Positions 25,401 through 40,400 of a DNA stretch of 64,000 nucleotides are shown piece after piece. Position 1 is the first letter of the stretch, and the number at the start of each line of letters is the position of its first letter. The position numbers and the translations under genes were made by a program. The notes beneath the pieces were generated by a model that saw only the letters and a program-made list of their open reading frames with translations, was not told the origin of the DNA and did no database searches. This DNA comes from Lytechinus pictus. Taxonomy: Eukaryota. The stretch is from contig NC_087250.1 of assembly GCF_037042905.1 (NCBI RefSeq), positions 18,230,001-18,294,000 on the forward strand. The letters are read 5' to 3'.

Positions 25401-28400
25401 TCCGCTATCACCACGAGGTTGAAAATAAAATGAATATCATCATAAACGATGTAAGAGAGTAACGCAATAAGCTCCGTCAGTAGCACGATCTTTAAAAGTT
25501 CACGGCGGGGTCCGCTATCACCACGAGGTTGAAAATAAAATGTAAATCATCATAAACGATGTAAGAGAGTAACGCAATGAGCTCCGTCAATAGTACGACC
25601 TTTCAAAGTTCACGGCGGCATCCGCTATCACCACGAGGTTGAAAATAAAATGTATATCATCATAAACGATGTAAGAGAGTAACGCAATAAGCTCCGTCAG
25701 TAGCACGATCTTTAAAAGTTCACGGCGGGGTCCGCTATCACCACGAGGTTGAAAATAAAATGTAAATCATCATAAACGATGAAAGAGAGTAACGCAATGA
25801 GCTCCGTCAATAGTACAGTCTTTAAAAGTTTCTGGCGGGGTCCGCTATCACCACGAGGTTGAAGAGAAGATTTATATCATTATAAACGATGTAAGAGAGT
25901 AGCGCAGTGAGCTCCGTCGGTAATACGACCTTTCAAAGTTCACGGCGGCTTCCGCTATCACCACGAGGTTGAAAATAAAATGAATATCATCATAAACGAT
26001 GTAAGAGAGTAACGCAATAAGCTCCGTCAGTAGCACGATCTTTAAAAGTTCACGGCGGGGTCCGCTATCACCACGAGGTTGAAAATAAAATGTAAATCAT
26101 CATAAACGATGTAAGAGAGTAACGCAATGAGCTCCGTCAATAGTACGACCTTTCAAAGTTCACGGCGGCATCCGCTATCACCACGAGGTTGAAAATAAAA
26201 TGTATATAATTATAAACGATGTAAGAGAGTAACGCAATAAGCTCCGTCAGTAGCACGATCTTTAAAAGTTCACGGCGGGGTCCGCTATCACCACGAGGTT
26301 GAAAATAAAATGAAAAATCATCATAAACGATGTAAGAGAGTAACGCAATAAGCTCCGTCAATAGTACGATCTTTAAAAGTTCACGGCGGGGTCCGCTATC
26401 ACCACGAGGTTGAAAATAAAATGAAAAATCATCATAAACGATGTAAGAGAGTAACGCAATGAGCTCCGTCAATAGTACGACCTTTCAAAGTTCACGGCGG
26501 CATCCGCTATCACCACGAGGTTGAAAATAAAATGTATATCATTATAAACGATGTAAGAGAGTAACGCAATAAGCTCCGTCAGTAGCACGATCTTTAAAAG
26601 TTCACGGCGGGGTCCGCTATCACCACGAGGTTGAAAATAAAATGAAAAATCATCATAAACGATGTAAGAGAGTAACGCAATGAGCTCCGTCAATAGTACG
26701 ACCTTTCAAAGTTCACGGCGGCATCCGCTATCACCACGAGGTTGAAAATAAAATGTATATCATCATAAACGATGTAAGAGAGTAACGCAATAAGCTCCGT
26801 CAATAGTACAGTCTTTAAAAGTTCACGGCGGGGTCCGCTATCACCACGAGGTTGAAGAGAAGATTTATATCATTATAAACGATGTAAGAGAGTAGCGCAG
26901 TGAGCTCCGTCGGTAATACGACCTTTCAAAGTTCACGGCGGCTTCCGCTATCACCACGAGGTTGAAAATAAAATGAATGTCATCATAAATGATGTAAGAG
27001 AGTAACGCAATAAGCTCCGTCAATAGTACAGTTTTTAAAATTTTCTGGCGGGGTCCGCTATCACCACGAGGTTGAAGAAAAGATTTATATCATTATAAAC
27101 GATGTAAGAGAGTAGCGCAGTGAGCTCCGTCGGTAATACGACCTTTCAAAGTTCACGGCGGCTTCCGCTATCACCACGATGTTGAAAATAAAATGAATAT
27201 CATCATAAACGATGTAAGAGAGTAACGCAATAAGCTCCGTCAATAGTACAGTCTTTAAAAGTTTCTGGCGGGGTCCACTATCACCACGAGGTTGAAAATA
27301 AAATGTATATCATCATAAACGATGTAAGAGAGTAACGCAATAAGCTCCGTCAGTAGCACGATCTTTAAAAGTTCACGGCGGGGTCCGCTATCACCACGAG
27401 GTTGAAAATAAAATGTAAATCATCATAAACGATGAAAGAGAGTAACGCAATGAGCTCCGTCAATAGTACAGTCTTTAAAAGTTTCTGGCGGGGTCCGCTA
27501 TCACCACGAGGTTGAAGAGAAGATTTATATCATTATAAACGATGTAAGAGAGTAGCGCAGTGAGCTCCGTCGGTAATACGACCTTTCAAAGTTCACGGCG
27601 GCTTCCGCTATCACCACGAGGTTGAAAATAAAATGAATATCATCATAAACGATGTAAGAGAGTAACGCAATAAGCTCCGTCAGTAGCACGATCTTTAAAA
27701 GTTCACGGCGGGGTCCGCTATCACCACGAGGTTGAAAATAAAATGTAAATCATCATAAACGATGTAAGAGAGTAACGCAATGAGCTCCGTCAATAGTACG
27801 ACCTTTCAAAGTTCACGGCGGCATCCGCTATCACCACGAGGTTGAAAATAAAATGTATATCATTATAAACGATGTAAGAGAGTAACGCAATAAGCTCCGT
27901 CAGTAGCACGATCTTTAAAAGTTCACGGCGGGGTCCGCTATCACCACGAGGTTGAAAATAAAATGAAAAATCATCATAAACAATGTAAGAGAGTAACGCA
28001 ATAAGCTCCGTCAATAGTACGATCTTTAAAAGTTCACGGCGGGGTCCGCTATCACCACGAGGTTGAAAATAAAATGTAAATCATCATAAACGATGTAAGA
28101 GAGTAACGCAATGAGCTCCGTCAATAGTACGACCTTTCAAAGTTCACGGCGGCATCCGCTATCACCACGAGGTTGAAAATAAAATGTATATCATTATAAA
28201 CGATGTAAGAGAGTAACGCAATAAGCTCCGTCAGTAGCACGATCTTTAAAAGTTCACGGCGGGGTCCGCTATCACCACGAGGTTGAAAATAAAATGAAAA
28301 ATCATCATAAACGATGTAAGAGAGTAACGCAATGAGCTCCGTCAATAGTACGACCTTTCAAAGTTCACGGCGGCATCCGCTATCACCACGAGGTTGAAAA

Positions 28401-31400
28401 TAAAATGTATATCATCATAAACGATGTAAGAGAGTAACGCAATAAGCTCCGTCAATAGTACAGTCTTTAAAAGTTCACGGCGGGGTCCGCTATCACCACG
28501 AGGTTGAAGAGAAGATTTATATCATTATAAACGATGTAAGAGAGTAGCGCAGTGAGCTCCGTCGGTAATACGACCTTTCAAAGTTCACGGCGGCTTCCGC
28601 TATCACCACGAGGTTGAAAATAAAATGAATGTCATCATAAATGATGTAAGAGAGTAACGCAATAAGCTCCGTCAATAGTACAGTTTTTAAAATTTTCTGG
28701 CGGGGTCCGCTATCACCACGAGGTTAAAGAGAAGATTTATATCATTATAAACGATGTAAGAGAGTAGCGCAGTGAGCTCCGTCGGTAATACGACCTTTCA
28801 AAGTTCACGGCGGCTTCCGCTATCACCACGAGGTTGAAAATAAAATGAATATCATCATAAACGATGTAAGAGAGTAACGCAATAAGCTCCGTCAGTAGCA
28901 CGATCTTTAAAAGTTCACGGCGGGGTCCGCTATCACCACGAGGTTGAAAATAAAATGAAAAATCATCATAAACGATGTAAGAGAGTAACGCAATGAGCTC
29001 CGTCAATAGTACGACCTTTCAAAGTTCACGGCGGCATCCGCTATCACCACGAGGTTGAAAATAAAATGTATATCATCATAAACGATGTAAGAGAGTAACG
29101 CAATAAGCTCCGTCAATAGTACAGTCTTTAAAAGTTCACGGCGGGGTCCGCTATCACCACGAGGTTGAAGAGAAGATTTATATCATTATAAACGATGTAA
29201 GAGAGTAGCGCAGTGAGCTCCGTCGGTAATACGACCTTTCAAAGTTCACGGCGGCTTCCGCTATCACCACGAGGTTGAAAATAAAATGAATGTCATCATA
29301 AATGATGTAAGAGAGTAACGCAATAAGCTCCGTCAATAGTACAGTTTTTAAAATTTTCTGGCGGGGTCCGCTATCACCACGAGGTTAAAGAGAAGATTTA
29401 TATCATTATAAACGATGTAAGAGAGTAGCGCAGTGAGCTCCGTCGGTAATACGACCTTTCAAAGTTCACGGCGGCTTCCGCTATCACCACGAGGTTGAAA
29501 ATAAAATGAATATCATCATAAACGATGTAAGAGAGTAACGCAATAAGCTCCGTCAATAGTACAGTCTTTAAAAGTTTCTGGCGGGGTCCGCTATCACCAC
29601 GAGGTTGAAAATAAAATGTATATCATCATAAACGATGTAAGAGAGTAACGCAATAAGCTCCGTCAGTAGCACGATCTTTAAAAGTTCACGGCGGGGTCCG
29701 CTATCACCACGAGGTTGAAAATAAAATGAAAAATCATCATAAACGATGTAAGAGAGTAACGCAATGAGCTCCGTCAATAGTACGACCTTTCAAAGTTCAC
29801 GGCGGCATCCGCTATCACCACGAGGTTGAAAATAAAATGTATATCATCATAAACGATGTAAGAGAGTAACGCAATAAGCTCCGTCAATAGTACAGTCTTT
29901 AAAAGTTCACGGCGGGGTCCGCTATCACCACGAGGTTGAAGAGAAGATTTATATCATTATAAACGATGTAAGAGAGTAGCGCAGTGAGCTCCGTCGGTAA
30001 TACGACCTTTCAAAGTTCACGGCGGCTTCCGCTATCACCACGAGGTTGAAAATAAAATGAATGTCATCATAAATGATGTAAGAGAGTAACGCAATAAGCT
30101 CCGTCAATAGTACAGTTTTTAAAATTTTCTGGCGGGGTCCGCTATCACCACGAGGTTAAAGAGAAGATTTATATCATTATAAACGATGTAAGAGAGTAGC
30201 GCAGTGAGCTCCGTCGGTAATACGACCTTTCAAAGTTCACGGCGGCTTCCGCTATCACCACGAGGTTGAAAATAAAATGAATATCATCATAAACGATGTA
30301 AGAGAGTAACGCAATAAGCTCCGTCAGTAGCACGATCTTTAAAAGTTCACGGCGGGGTCCGCTATCACCACGAGGTTGAAAATAAAATGAAAAATCATCA
30401 TAAACGATGTAAGAGAGTAACGCAATGAGCTCCGTCAATAGTACGACCTTTCAAAGTTCACGGCGGCATCCGCTATCACCACGAGGTTGAAAATAAAATG
30501 TAAATCATCATAAACGATGAAAGAGAGTAACGCAATGAGCTCCGTCAATAGTACAGTCTTTAAAAGTTTCTGGCGGGGTCCGCTATCACCACGAGGTTGA
30601 AGAGAAGATTTATATCATTATAAACGATGTAAGAGAGTAGCGCAGTGAGCTCCGTCGGTAATACGACCTTTCAAAGTTCACGGCGGCTTCCGCTATCACC
30701 ACGAGGTTGAAAATAAAATGAATATCATCATAAACGATGTAAGAGAGTAACGCAATAAGCTCCGTCAGTAGCACGATCTTTAAAAGTTCACGGCGGGGTC
30801 CGCTATCACCACGAGGTTGAAAATAAAATGTAAATCATCATAAACGATGTAAGAGAGTAACGCAATGAGCTCCGTCAATAGTACGACCTTTCAAAGTTCA
30901 CGGCGGCATCCGCTATCACCACGAGGTTGAAAATAAAATGTATATAATTATAAACGATGTAAGAGAGTAACGCAATAAGCTCCGTCAGTAGCACGATCTT
31001 TAAAAGTTCACGGCGGGGTCCGCTATCACCACGAGGTTGAAAATAAAATGAAAAATCATCATAAACGATGTAAGAGAGTAACGCAATAAGCTCCGTCAAT
31101 AGTACGATCTTTAAAAGTTCACGGCGGGGTCCGCTATCACCACGAGGTTGAAAATAAAATGAAAAATCATCATAAACGATGTAAGAGAGTAACGCAATGA
31201 GCTCCGTCAATAGTACGACCTTTCAAAGTTCACGGCGGCATCCGCTATCACCACGAGGTTGAAAATAAAATGTATATCATTATAAACGATGTAAGAGAGT
31301 AACGCAATAAGCTCCGTCAGTAGCACGATCTTTAAAAGTTCACGGCGGGGTCCGCTATCACCACGAGGTTGAAAATAAAATGAAAAATCATCATAAACGA

Positions 31401-34400
31401 TGTAAGAGAGTAACGCAATGAGCTCCGTCAATAGTACGACCTTTCAAAGTTCACGGCGGCATCCGCTATCACCACGAGGTTGAAAATAAAATGTATATCA
31501 TCATAAACGATGTAAGAGAGTAACGCAATAAGCTCCGTCAATAGTACAGTCTTTAAAAGTTCACGGCGGGGTCCGCTATCACCACGAGGTTGAAGAGAAG
31601 ATTTATATCATTATAAACGATGTAAGAGAGTAGCGCAGTGAGCTCCGTCGGTAATACGACCTTTCAAAGTTCACGGCGGCTTCCGCTATCACCACGAGGT
31701 TGAAAATAAAATGAATGTCATCATAAATGATGTAAGAGAGTAACGCAATAAGCTCCGTCAATAGTACAGTTTTTAAAATTTTCTGGCGGGGTCCGCTATC
31801 ACCACGAGGTTGAAGAAAAGATTTATATCATTATAAACGATGTAAGAGAGTAGCGCAGTGAGCTCCGTCGGTAATACGACCTTTCAAAGTTCACGGCGGC
31901 TTCCGCTATCACCACGATGTTGAAAATAAAATGAATATCATCATAAACGATGTAAGAGAGTAACGCAATAAGCTCCGTCAATAGTACAGTCTTTAAAAGT
32001 TTCTGGCGGGGTCCACTATCACCACGAGGTTGAAAATAAAATGTATATCATCATAAACGATGTAAGAGAGTAACGCAATAAGCTCCGTCAGTAGCACGAT
32101 CTTTAAAAGTTCACGGCGGGGTCCGCTATCACCACGAGGTTGAAAATAAAATGTAAATCATCATAAACGATGAAAGAGAGTAACGCAATGAGCTCCGTCA
32201 ATAGTACAGTCTTTAAAAGTTTCTGGCGGGGTCCGCTATCACCACGAGGTTGAAGAGAAGATTTATATCATTATAAACGATGTAAGAGAGTAGCGCAGTG
32301 AGCTCCGTCGGTAATACGACCTTTCAAAGTTCACGGCGGCTTCCGCTATCACCACGAGGTTGAAAATAAAATGAATATCATCATAAACGATGTAAGAGAG
32401 TAACGCAATAAGCTCCGTCAGTAGCACGATCTTTAAAAGTTCACGGCGGGGTCCGCTATCACCACGAGGTTGAAAATAAAATGTAAATCATCATAAACGA
32501 TGTAAGAGAGTAACGCAATGAGCTCCGTCAATAGTACGACCTTTCAAAGTTCACGGCGGCATCCGCTATCACCACGAGGTTGAAAATAAAATGTATATCA
32601 TTATAAACGATGTAAGAGAGTAACGCAATAAGCTCCGTCAGTAGCACGATCTTTAAAAGTTCACGGCGGGGTCCGCTATCACCACGAGGTTGAAAATAAA
32701 ATGAAAAATCATCATAAACAATGTAAGAGAGTAACGCAATAAGCTCCGTCAATAGTACGATCTTTAAAAGTTCACGGCGGGGTCCGCTATCACCACGAGG
32801 TTGAAAATAAAATGTAAATCATCATAAACGATGTAAGAGAGTAACGCAATGAGCTCCGTCAATAGTACGACCTTTCAAAGTTCACGGCGGCATCCGCTAT
32901 CACCACGAGGTTGAAAATAAAATGTATATCATTATAAACGATGTAAGAGAGTAACGCAATAAGCTCCGTCAGTAGCACGATCTTTAAAAGTTCACGGCGG
33001 GGTCCGCTATCACCACGAGGTTGAAAATAAAATGAAAAATCATCATAAACGATGTAAGAGAGTAACGCAATGAGCTCCGTCAATAGTACGACCTTTCAAA
33101 GTTCACGGCGGCATCCGCTATCACCACGAGGTTGAAAATAAAATGTATATCATCATAAACGATGTAAGAGAGTAACGCAATAAGCTCCGTCAATAGTACA
33201 GTCTTTAAAAGTTCACGGCGGGGTCCGCTATCACCACGAGGTTGAAGAGAAGATTTATATCATTATAAACGATGTAAGAGAGTAGCGCAGTGAGCTCCGT
33301 CGGTAATACGACCTTTCAAAGTTCACGGCGGCTTCCGCTATCACCACGAGGTTGAAAATAAAATGAATGTCATCATAAATGATGTAAGAGAGTAACGCAA
33401 TAAGCTCCGTCAATAGTACAGTTTTTAAAATTTTCTGGCGGGGTCCGCTATCACCACGAGGTTAAAGAGAAGATTTATATCATTATAAACGATGTAAGAG
33501 AGTAGCGCAGTGAGCTCCGTCGGTAATACGACCTTTCAAAGTTCACGGCGGCTTCCGCTATCACCACGAGGTTGAAAATAAAATGAATATCATCATAAAC
33601 GATGTAAGAGAGTAACGCAATAAGCTCCGTCAGTAGCACGATCTTTAAAAGTTCACGGCGGGGTCCGCTATCACCACGAGGTTGAAAATAAAATGAAAAA
33701 TCATCATAAACGATGTAAGAGAGTAACGCAATGAGCTCCGTCAATAGTACGACCTTTCAAAGTTCACGGCGGCATCCGCTATCACCACGAGGTTGAAAAT
33801 AAAATGTATATCATCATAAACGATGTAAGAGAGTAACGCAATAAGCTCCGTCAATAGTACAGTCTTTAAAAGTTCACGGCGGGGTCCGCTATCACCACGA
33901 GGTTGAAGAGAAGATTTATATCATTATAAACGATGTAAGAGAGTAGCGCAGTGAGCTCCGTCGGTAATACGACCTTTCAAAGTTCACGGCGGCTTCCGCT
34001 ATCACCACGAGGTTGAAAATAAAATGAATGTCATCATAAATGATGTAAGAGAGTAACGCAATAAGCTCCGTCAATAGTACAGTTTTTAAAATTTTCTGGC
34101 GGGGTCCGCTATCACCACGAGGTTAAAGAGAAGATTTATATCATTATAAACGATGTAAGAGAGTAGCGCAGTGAGCTCCGTCGGTAATACGACCTTTCAA
34201 AGTTCACGGCGGCTTCCGCTATCACCACGAGGTTGAAAATAAAATGAATATCATCATAAACGATGTAAGAGAGTAACGCAATAAGCTCCGTCAATAGTAC
34301 AGTCTTTAAAAGTTTCTGGCGGGGTCCGCTATCACCACGAGGTTGAAAATAAAATGTATATCATCATAAACGATGTAAGAGAGTAACGCAATAAGCTCCG

Positions 34401-37400
34401 TCAGTAGCACGATCTTTAAAAGTTCACGGCGGGGTCCGCTATCACCACGAGGTTGAAAATAAAATGAAAAATCATCATAAACGATGTAAGAGAGTAACGC
34501 AATGAGCTCCGTCAATAGTACGACCTTTCAAAGTTCACGGCGGCATCCGCTATCACCACGAGGTTGAAAATAAAATGTATATCATCATAAACGATGTAAG
34601 AGAGTAACGCAATAAGCTCCGTCAATAGTACAGTCTTTAAAAGTTCACGGCGGGGTCCGCTATCACCACGAGGTTGAAGAGAAGATTTATATCATTATAA
34701 ACGATGTAAGAGAGTAGCGCAGTGAGCTCCGTCGGTAATACGACCTTTCAAAGTTCACGGCGGCTTCCGCTATCACCACGAGGTTGAAAATAAAATGAAT
34801 GTCATCATAAATGATGTAAGAGAGTAACGCAATAAGCTCCGTCAATAGTACAGTTTTTAAAATTTTCTGGCGGGGTCCGCTATCACCACGAGGTTAAAGA
34901 GAAGATTTATATCATTATAAACGATGTAAGAGAGTAGCGCAGTGAGCTCCGTCGGTAATACGACCTTTCAAAGTTCACGGCGGCTTCCGCTATCACCACG
35001 AGGTTGAAAATAAAATGAATATCATCATAAACGATGTAAGAGAGTAACGCAATAAGCTCCGTCAGTAGCACGATCTTTAAAAGTTCACGGCGGGGTCCGC
35101 TATCACCACGAGGTTGAAAATAAAATGAAAAATCATCATAAACGATGTAAGAGAGTAACGCAATGAGCTCCGTCAATAGTACGACCTTTCAAAGTTCACG
35201 GCGGCATCCGCTATCACCACGAGGTTGAAAATAAAATGTATATCATCATAAACGATGTAAGAGAGTAACGCAATAAGCTCCGTCAATAGTACAGTCTTTA
35301 AAAGTTCACGGCGGGGTCCGCTATCACCACGAGGTTGAAGAGAAGATTTATATCATTATAAACGATGTAAGAGAGTAGCGCAGTGAGCTCCGTCGGTAAT
35401 ACGACCTTTCAAAGTTCACGGCGGCTTCCGCTATCACCACGAGGTTGAAAATAAAATGAATGTCATCATAAATGATGTAAGAGAGTAACGCAATAAGCTC
35501 CGTCAATAGTACAGTTTTTAAAATTTTCTGGCGGGGTCCGCTATCACCACGAGGTTAAAGAGAAGATTTATATCATTATAAACGATGTAAGAGAGTAGCG
35601 CAGTGAGCTCCGTCGGTAATACGACCTTTCAAAGTTCACGGCGGCTTCCGCTATCACCACGAGGTTGAAAATAAAATGAATATCATCATAAACGATGTAA
35701 GAGAGTAACGCAATAAGCTCCGTCAATAGTACAGTCTTTAAAAGTTTCTGGCGGGGTCCGCTATCACCACGAGGTTGAAAATAAAATGTATATCATCATA
35801 AACGATGTAAGAGAGTAACGCAATAAGCTCCGTCAGTAGCACGATCTTTAAAAGTTCACGGCGGCATCCGCTATCACCACGAGGTTGAAAATAAAATGTA
35901 TATCATCATAAACGATGTAAGAGAGTAACGCAATAAGCTCCGTCAATAGTACAGTCTTTAAAAGTTTCTGGCGGGGTCCGCTATCACCACGAGGTTGAAG
36001 AGAAGATTTATATCATTATAAACGATGTAAGAGAGTAGCGCAGTGAGCTCCGTCGGTAATACGACCTTTCAAAGTTCACGGCGGCTTCCGCTATCACCAC
36101 GAGGTTGAAAATAAAATGAATATCATCATAAACGATGTAAGAGAGTAACGCAATAAGCTCCGTCAGTAGCACGATCTTTAAAAGTTCACGGCGGGGTCCG
36201 CTATCACCACGAGGTTGAAAATAAAATGAAAAATCATCATAAACAATGTAAGAGAGTAACGCAATAAGCTCCGTCAATAGTACGATCTTTAAAAGTTCAC
36301 GGCGGGGTCCGCTATCACCACGAGGTTGAAAATAAAATGTAAATCATCATAAACGATGTAAGAGAGTAACGCAATGAGCTCCGTCAATAGTACGACCTTT
36401 CAAAGTTCACGGCGGCATCCGCTATCACCACGAGGTTGAAAATAAAATGTATATCATTATAAACGATGTAAGAGAGTAACGCAATAAGCTCCGTCAGTAG
36501 CACGATCTTTAAAAGTTCACGGCGGGGTCCGCTATCACCACGAGGTTGAAAATAAAATGAAAAATCATCATAAACGATGTAAGAGAGTAACGCAATGAGC
36601 TCCGTCAATAGTACGACCTTTCAAAGTTCACGGCGGCATCCGCTATCACCACGAGGTTGAAAATAAAATGTATATCATCATAAACGATGTAAGAGAGTAA
36701 CGCAATAAGCTCCGTCAATAGTACAGTCTTTAAAAGTTCACGGCGGGGTCCGCTATCACCACGAGGTTGAAGAGAAGATTTATATCATTATAAACGATGT
36801 AAGAGAGTAGCGCAGTGAGCTCCGTCGGTAATACGACCTTTCAAAGTTCACGGCGGCTTCCGCTATCACCACGAGGTTGAAAATAAAATGAATATCATCA
36901 TAAACGATGTAAGAGAGTAACGCAATAAGCTCCGTCAGTAGCACGATCTTTAAAAGTTCACGGCGGGGTCCGCTATCACCACGAGGTTGAAAATAAAATG
37001 AAAAATCATCATAAACAATGTAAGAGAGTAACGCAATAAGCTCCGTCAATAGTACAGTCTTTAAAAGTTTCTGGCGGGGTCCGCTATCACCACGAGGTTG
37101 AAGAGAAGATTTATATCATTATAAACGATGTAAGAGAGTAGCGCAGTGAGCTCCGTCGGTAATACGACCTTTCAAAGTTCACGGCGGCTTCCGCTATCAC
37201 CACGAGGTTGAAAATAAAATGAATATCATCATAAACGATGTAAGAGAGTAACGCAATAAGCTCCGTCAGTAGCACGATCTTTAAAAGTTCACGGCGGGGT
37301 CCGCTATCACCACGAGGTTGAAAATAAAATGAAAAATCATCATAAACAATGTAAGAGAGTAACGCAATAAGCTCCGTCAATAGTACGATCTTTAAAAGTT

Positions 37401-40400
37401 CACGGCGGGGTCCGCTATCACCACGAGGTTGAAAATAAAATGTAAATCATCATAAACGATGTAAGAGAGTAACGCAATGAGCTCCGTCAATAGTACGACC
37501 TTTCAAAGTTCACGGCGGCATCCGCTATCACCACGAGGTTGAAAATAAAATGTATATCATTATAAACGATGTAAGAGAGTAACGCAATAAGCTCCGTCAG
37601 TAGCACGATCTTTAAAAGTTCACGGCGGGGTCCGCTATCACCACGAGGTTGAAAATAAAATGAAAAATCATCATAAACGATGTAAGAGAGTAACGCAATG
37701 AGCTCCGTCAATAGTACGACCTTTCAAAGTTCACGGCGGCATCCGCTATCACCACGAGGTTGAAAATAAAATGTATATCATCATAAACGATGTAAGAGAG
37801 TAACGCAATAAGCTCCGTCAATAGTACAGTCTTTAAAAGTTCACGGCGGGGTCCGCTATCACCACGAGGTTGAAGAGAAGATTTATATCATTATAAACGA
37901 TGTAAGAGAGTAGCGCAGTGAGCTCCGTCGGTAATACGACCTTTCAAAGTTCACGGCGGCTTCCGCTATCACCACGAGGTTGAAAATAAAATGAATGTCA
38001 TCATAAATGATGTAAGAGAGTAACGCAATAAGCTCCGTCAATAGTACAGTTTTTAAAATTTTCTGGCGGGGTCCGCTATCACCACGAGGTTAAAGAGAAG
38101 ATTTATATCATTATAAACGATGTAAGAGAGTAGCGCAGTGAGCTCCGTCGGTAATACGACCTTTCAAAGTTCACGGCGGCTTCCGCTATCACCACGAGGT
38201 TGAAAATAAAATGAATATCATCATAAACGATGTAAGAGAGTAACGCAATAAGCTCCGTCAGTAGCACGATCTTTAAAAGTTCACGGCGGGGTCCGCTATC
38301 ACCACGAGGTTGAAAATAAAATGAAAAATCATCATAAACGATGTAAGAGAGTAACGCAATGAGCTCCGTCAATAGTACGACCTTTCAAAGTTCACGGCGG
38401 CATCCGCTATCACCACGAGGTTGAAAATAAAATGTATATCATCATAAACGATGTAAGAGAGTAACGCAATAAGCTCCGTCAATAGTACAGTCTTTAAAAG
38501 TTCACGGCGGGGTCCGCTATCACCACGAGGTTGAAGAGAAGATTTATATCATTATAAACGATGTAAGAGAGTAGCGCAGTGAGCTCCGTCGGTAATACGA
38601 CCTTTCAAAGTTCACGGCGGCTTCCGCTATCACCACGAGGTTGAAAATAAAATGAATGTCATCATAAATGATGTAAGAGAGTAACGCAATAAGCTCCGTC
38701 AATAGTACAGTTTTTAAAATTTTCTGGCGGGGTCCGCTATCACCACGAGGTTAAAGAGAAGATTTATATCATTATAAACGATGTAAGAGAGTAGCGCAGT
38801 GAGCTCCGTCGGTAATACGACCTTTCAAAGTTCACGGCGGCTTCCGCTATCACCACGAGGTTGAAAATAAAATGAATATCATCATAAACGATGTAAGAGA
38901 GTAACGCAATAAGCTCCGTCAATAGTACAGTCTTTAAAAGTTTCTGGCGGGGTCCGCTATCACCACGAGGTTGAAAATAAAATGTATATCATCATAAACG
39001 ATGTAAGAGAGTAACGCAATAAGCTCCGTCAGTAGCACGATCTTTAAAAGTTCACGGCGGCATCCGCTATCACCACGAGGTTGAAAATAAAATGTATATC
39101 ATCATAAACGATGTAAGAGAGTAACGCAATAAGCTCCGTCAATAGTACAGTCTTTAAAAGTTTCTGGCGGGGTCCGCTATCACCACGAGGTTGAAGAGAA
39201 GATTTATATCATTATAAACGATGTAAGAGAGTAGCGCAGTGAGCTCCGTCGGTAATACGACCTTTCAAAGTTCACGGCGGCTTCCGCTATCACCACGAGG
39301 TTGAAAATAAAATGAATATCATCATAAACGATGTAAGAGAGTAACGCAATAAGCTCCGTCAGTAGCACGATCTTTAAAAGTTCACGGCGGGGTCCGCTAT
39401 CACCACGAGGTTGAAAATAAAATGTAAATCATCATAAACGATGTAAGAGAGTAACGCAATGAGCTCCGTCAATAGTACGACCTTTCAAAGTTCACGGCGG
39501 CATCCGCTATCACCACGAGGTTGAAAATAAAATGTATATCATTATAAACGATGTAAGAGAGTAACGCAATAAGCTCCGTCAGTAGCACGATCTTTAAAAG
39601 TTCACGGCGGGGTCCGCTATCACCACGAGGTTGAAAATAAAATGAAAAATCATCATAAACAATGTAAGAGAGTAACGCAATAAGCTCCGTCAATAGTACG
39701 ATCTTTAAAAGTTCACGGCGGGGTCCGCTATCACCACGAGGTTGAAAATAAAATGTAAATCATCATAAACGATGTAAGAGAGTAACGCAATGAGCTCCGT
39801 CAATAGTACGACCTTTCAAAGTTCACGGCGGCATCCGCTATCACCACGAGGTTGAAAATAAAATGTATATCATTATAAACGATGTAAGAGAGTAACGCAA
39901 TAAGCTCCGTCAGTAGCACGATCTTTAAAAGTTCACGGCGGGGTCCGCTATCACCACGAGGTTGAAAATAAAATGAAAAATCATCATAAACGATGTAAGA
40001 GAGTAACGCAATGAGCTCCGTCAATAGTACGACCTTTCAAAGTTCACGGCGGCATCCGCTATCACCACGAGGTTGAAAATAAAATGTATATCATCATAAA
40101 CGATGTAAGAGAGTAACGCAATAAGCTCCGTCAATAGTACAGTCTTTAAAAGTTCACGGCGGGGTCCGCTATCACCACGAGGTTGAAGAGAAGATTTATA
40201 TCATTATAAACGATGTAAGAGAGTAGCGCAGTGAGCTCCGTCGGTAATACGACCTTTCAAAGTTCACGGCGGCTTCCGCTATCACCACGAGGTTGAAAAT
40301 AAAATGAATGTCATCATAAATGATGTAAGAGAGTAACGCAATAAGCTCCGTCAATAGTACAGTTTTTAAAATTTTCTGGCGGGGTCCGCTATCACCACGA

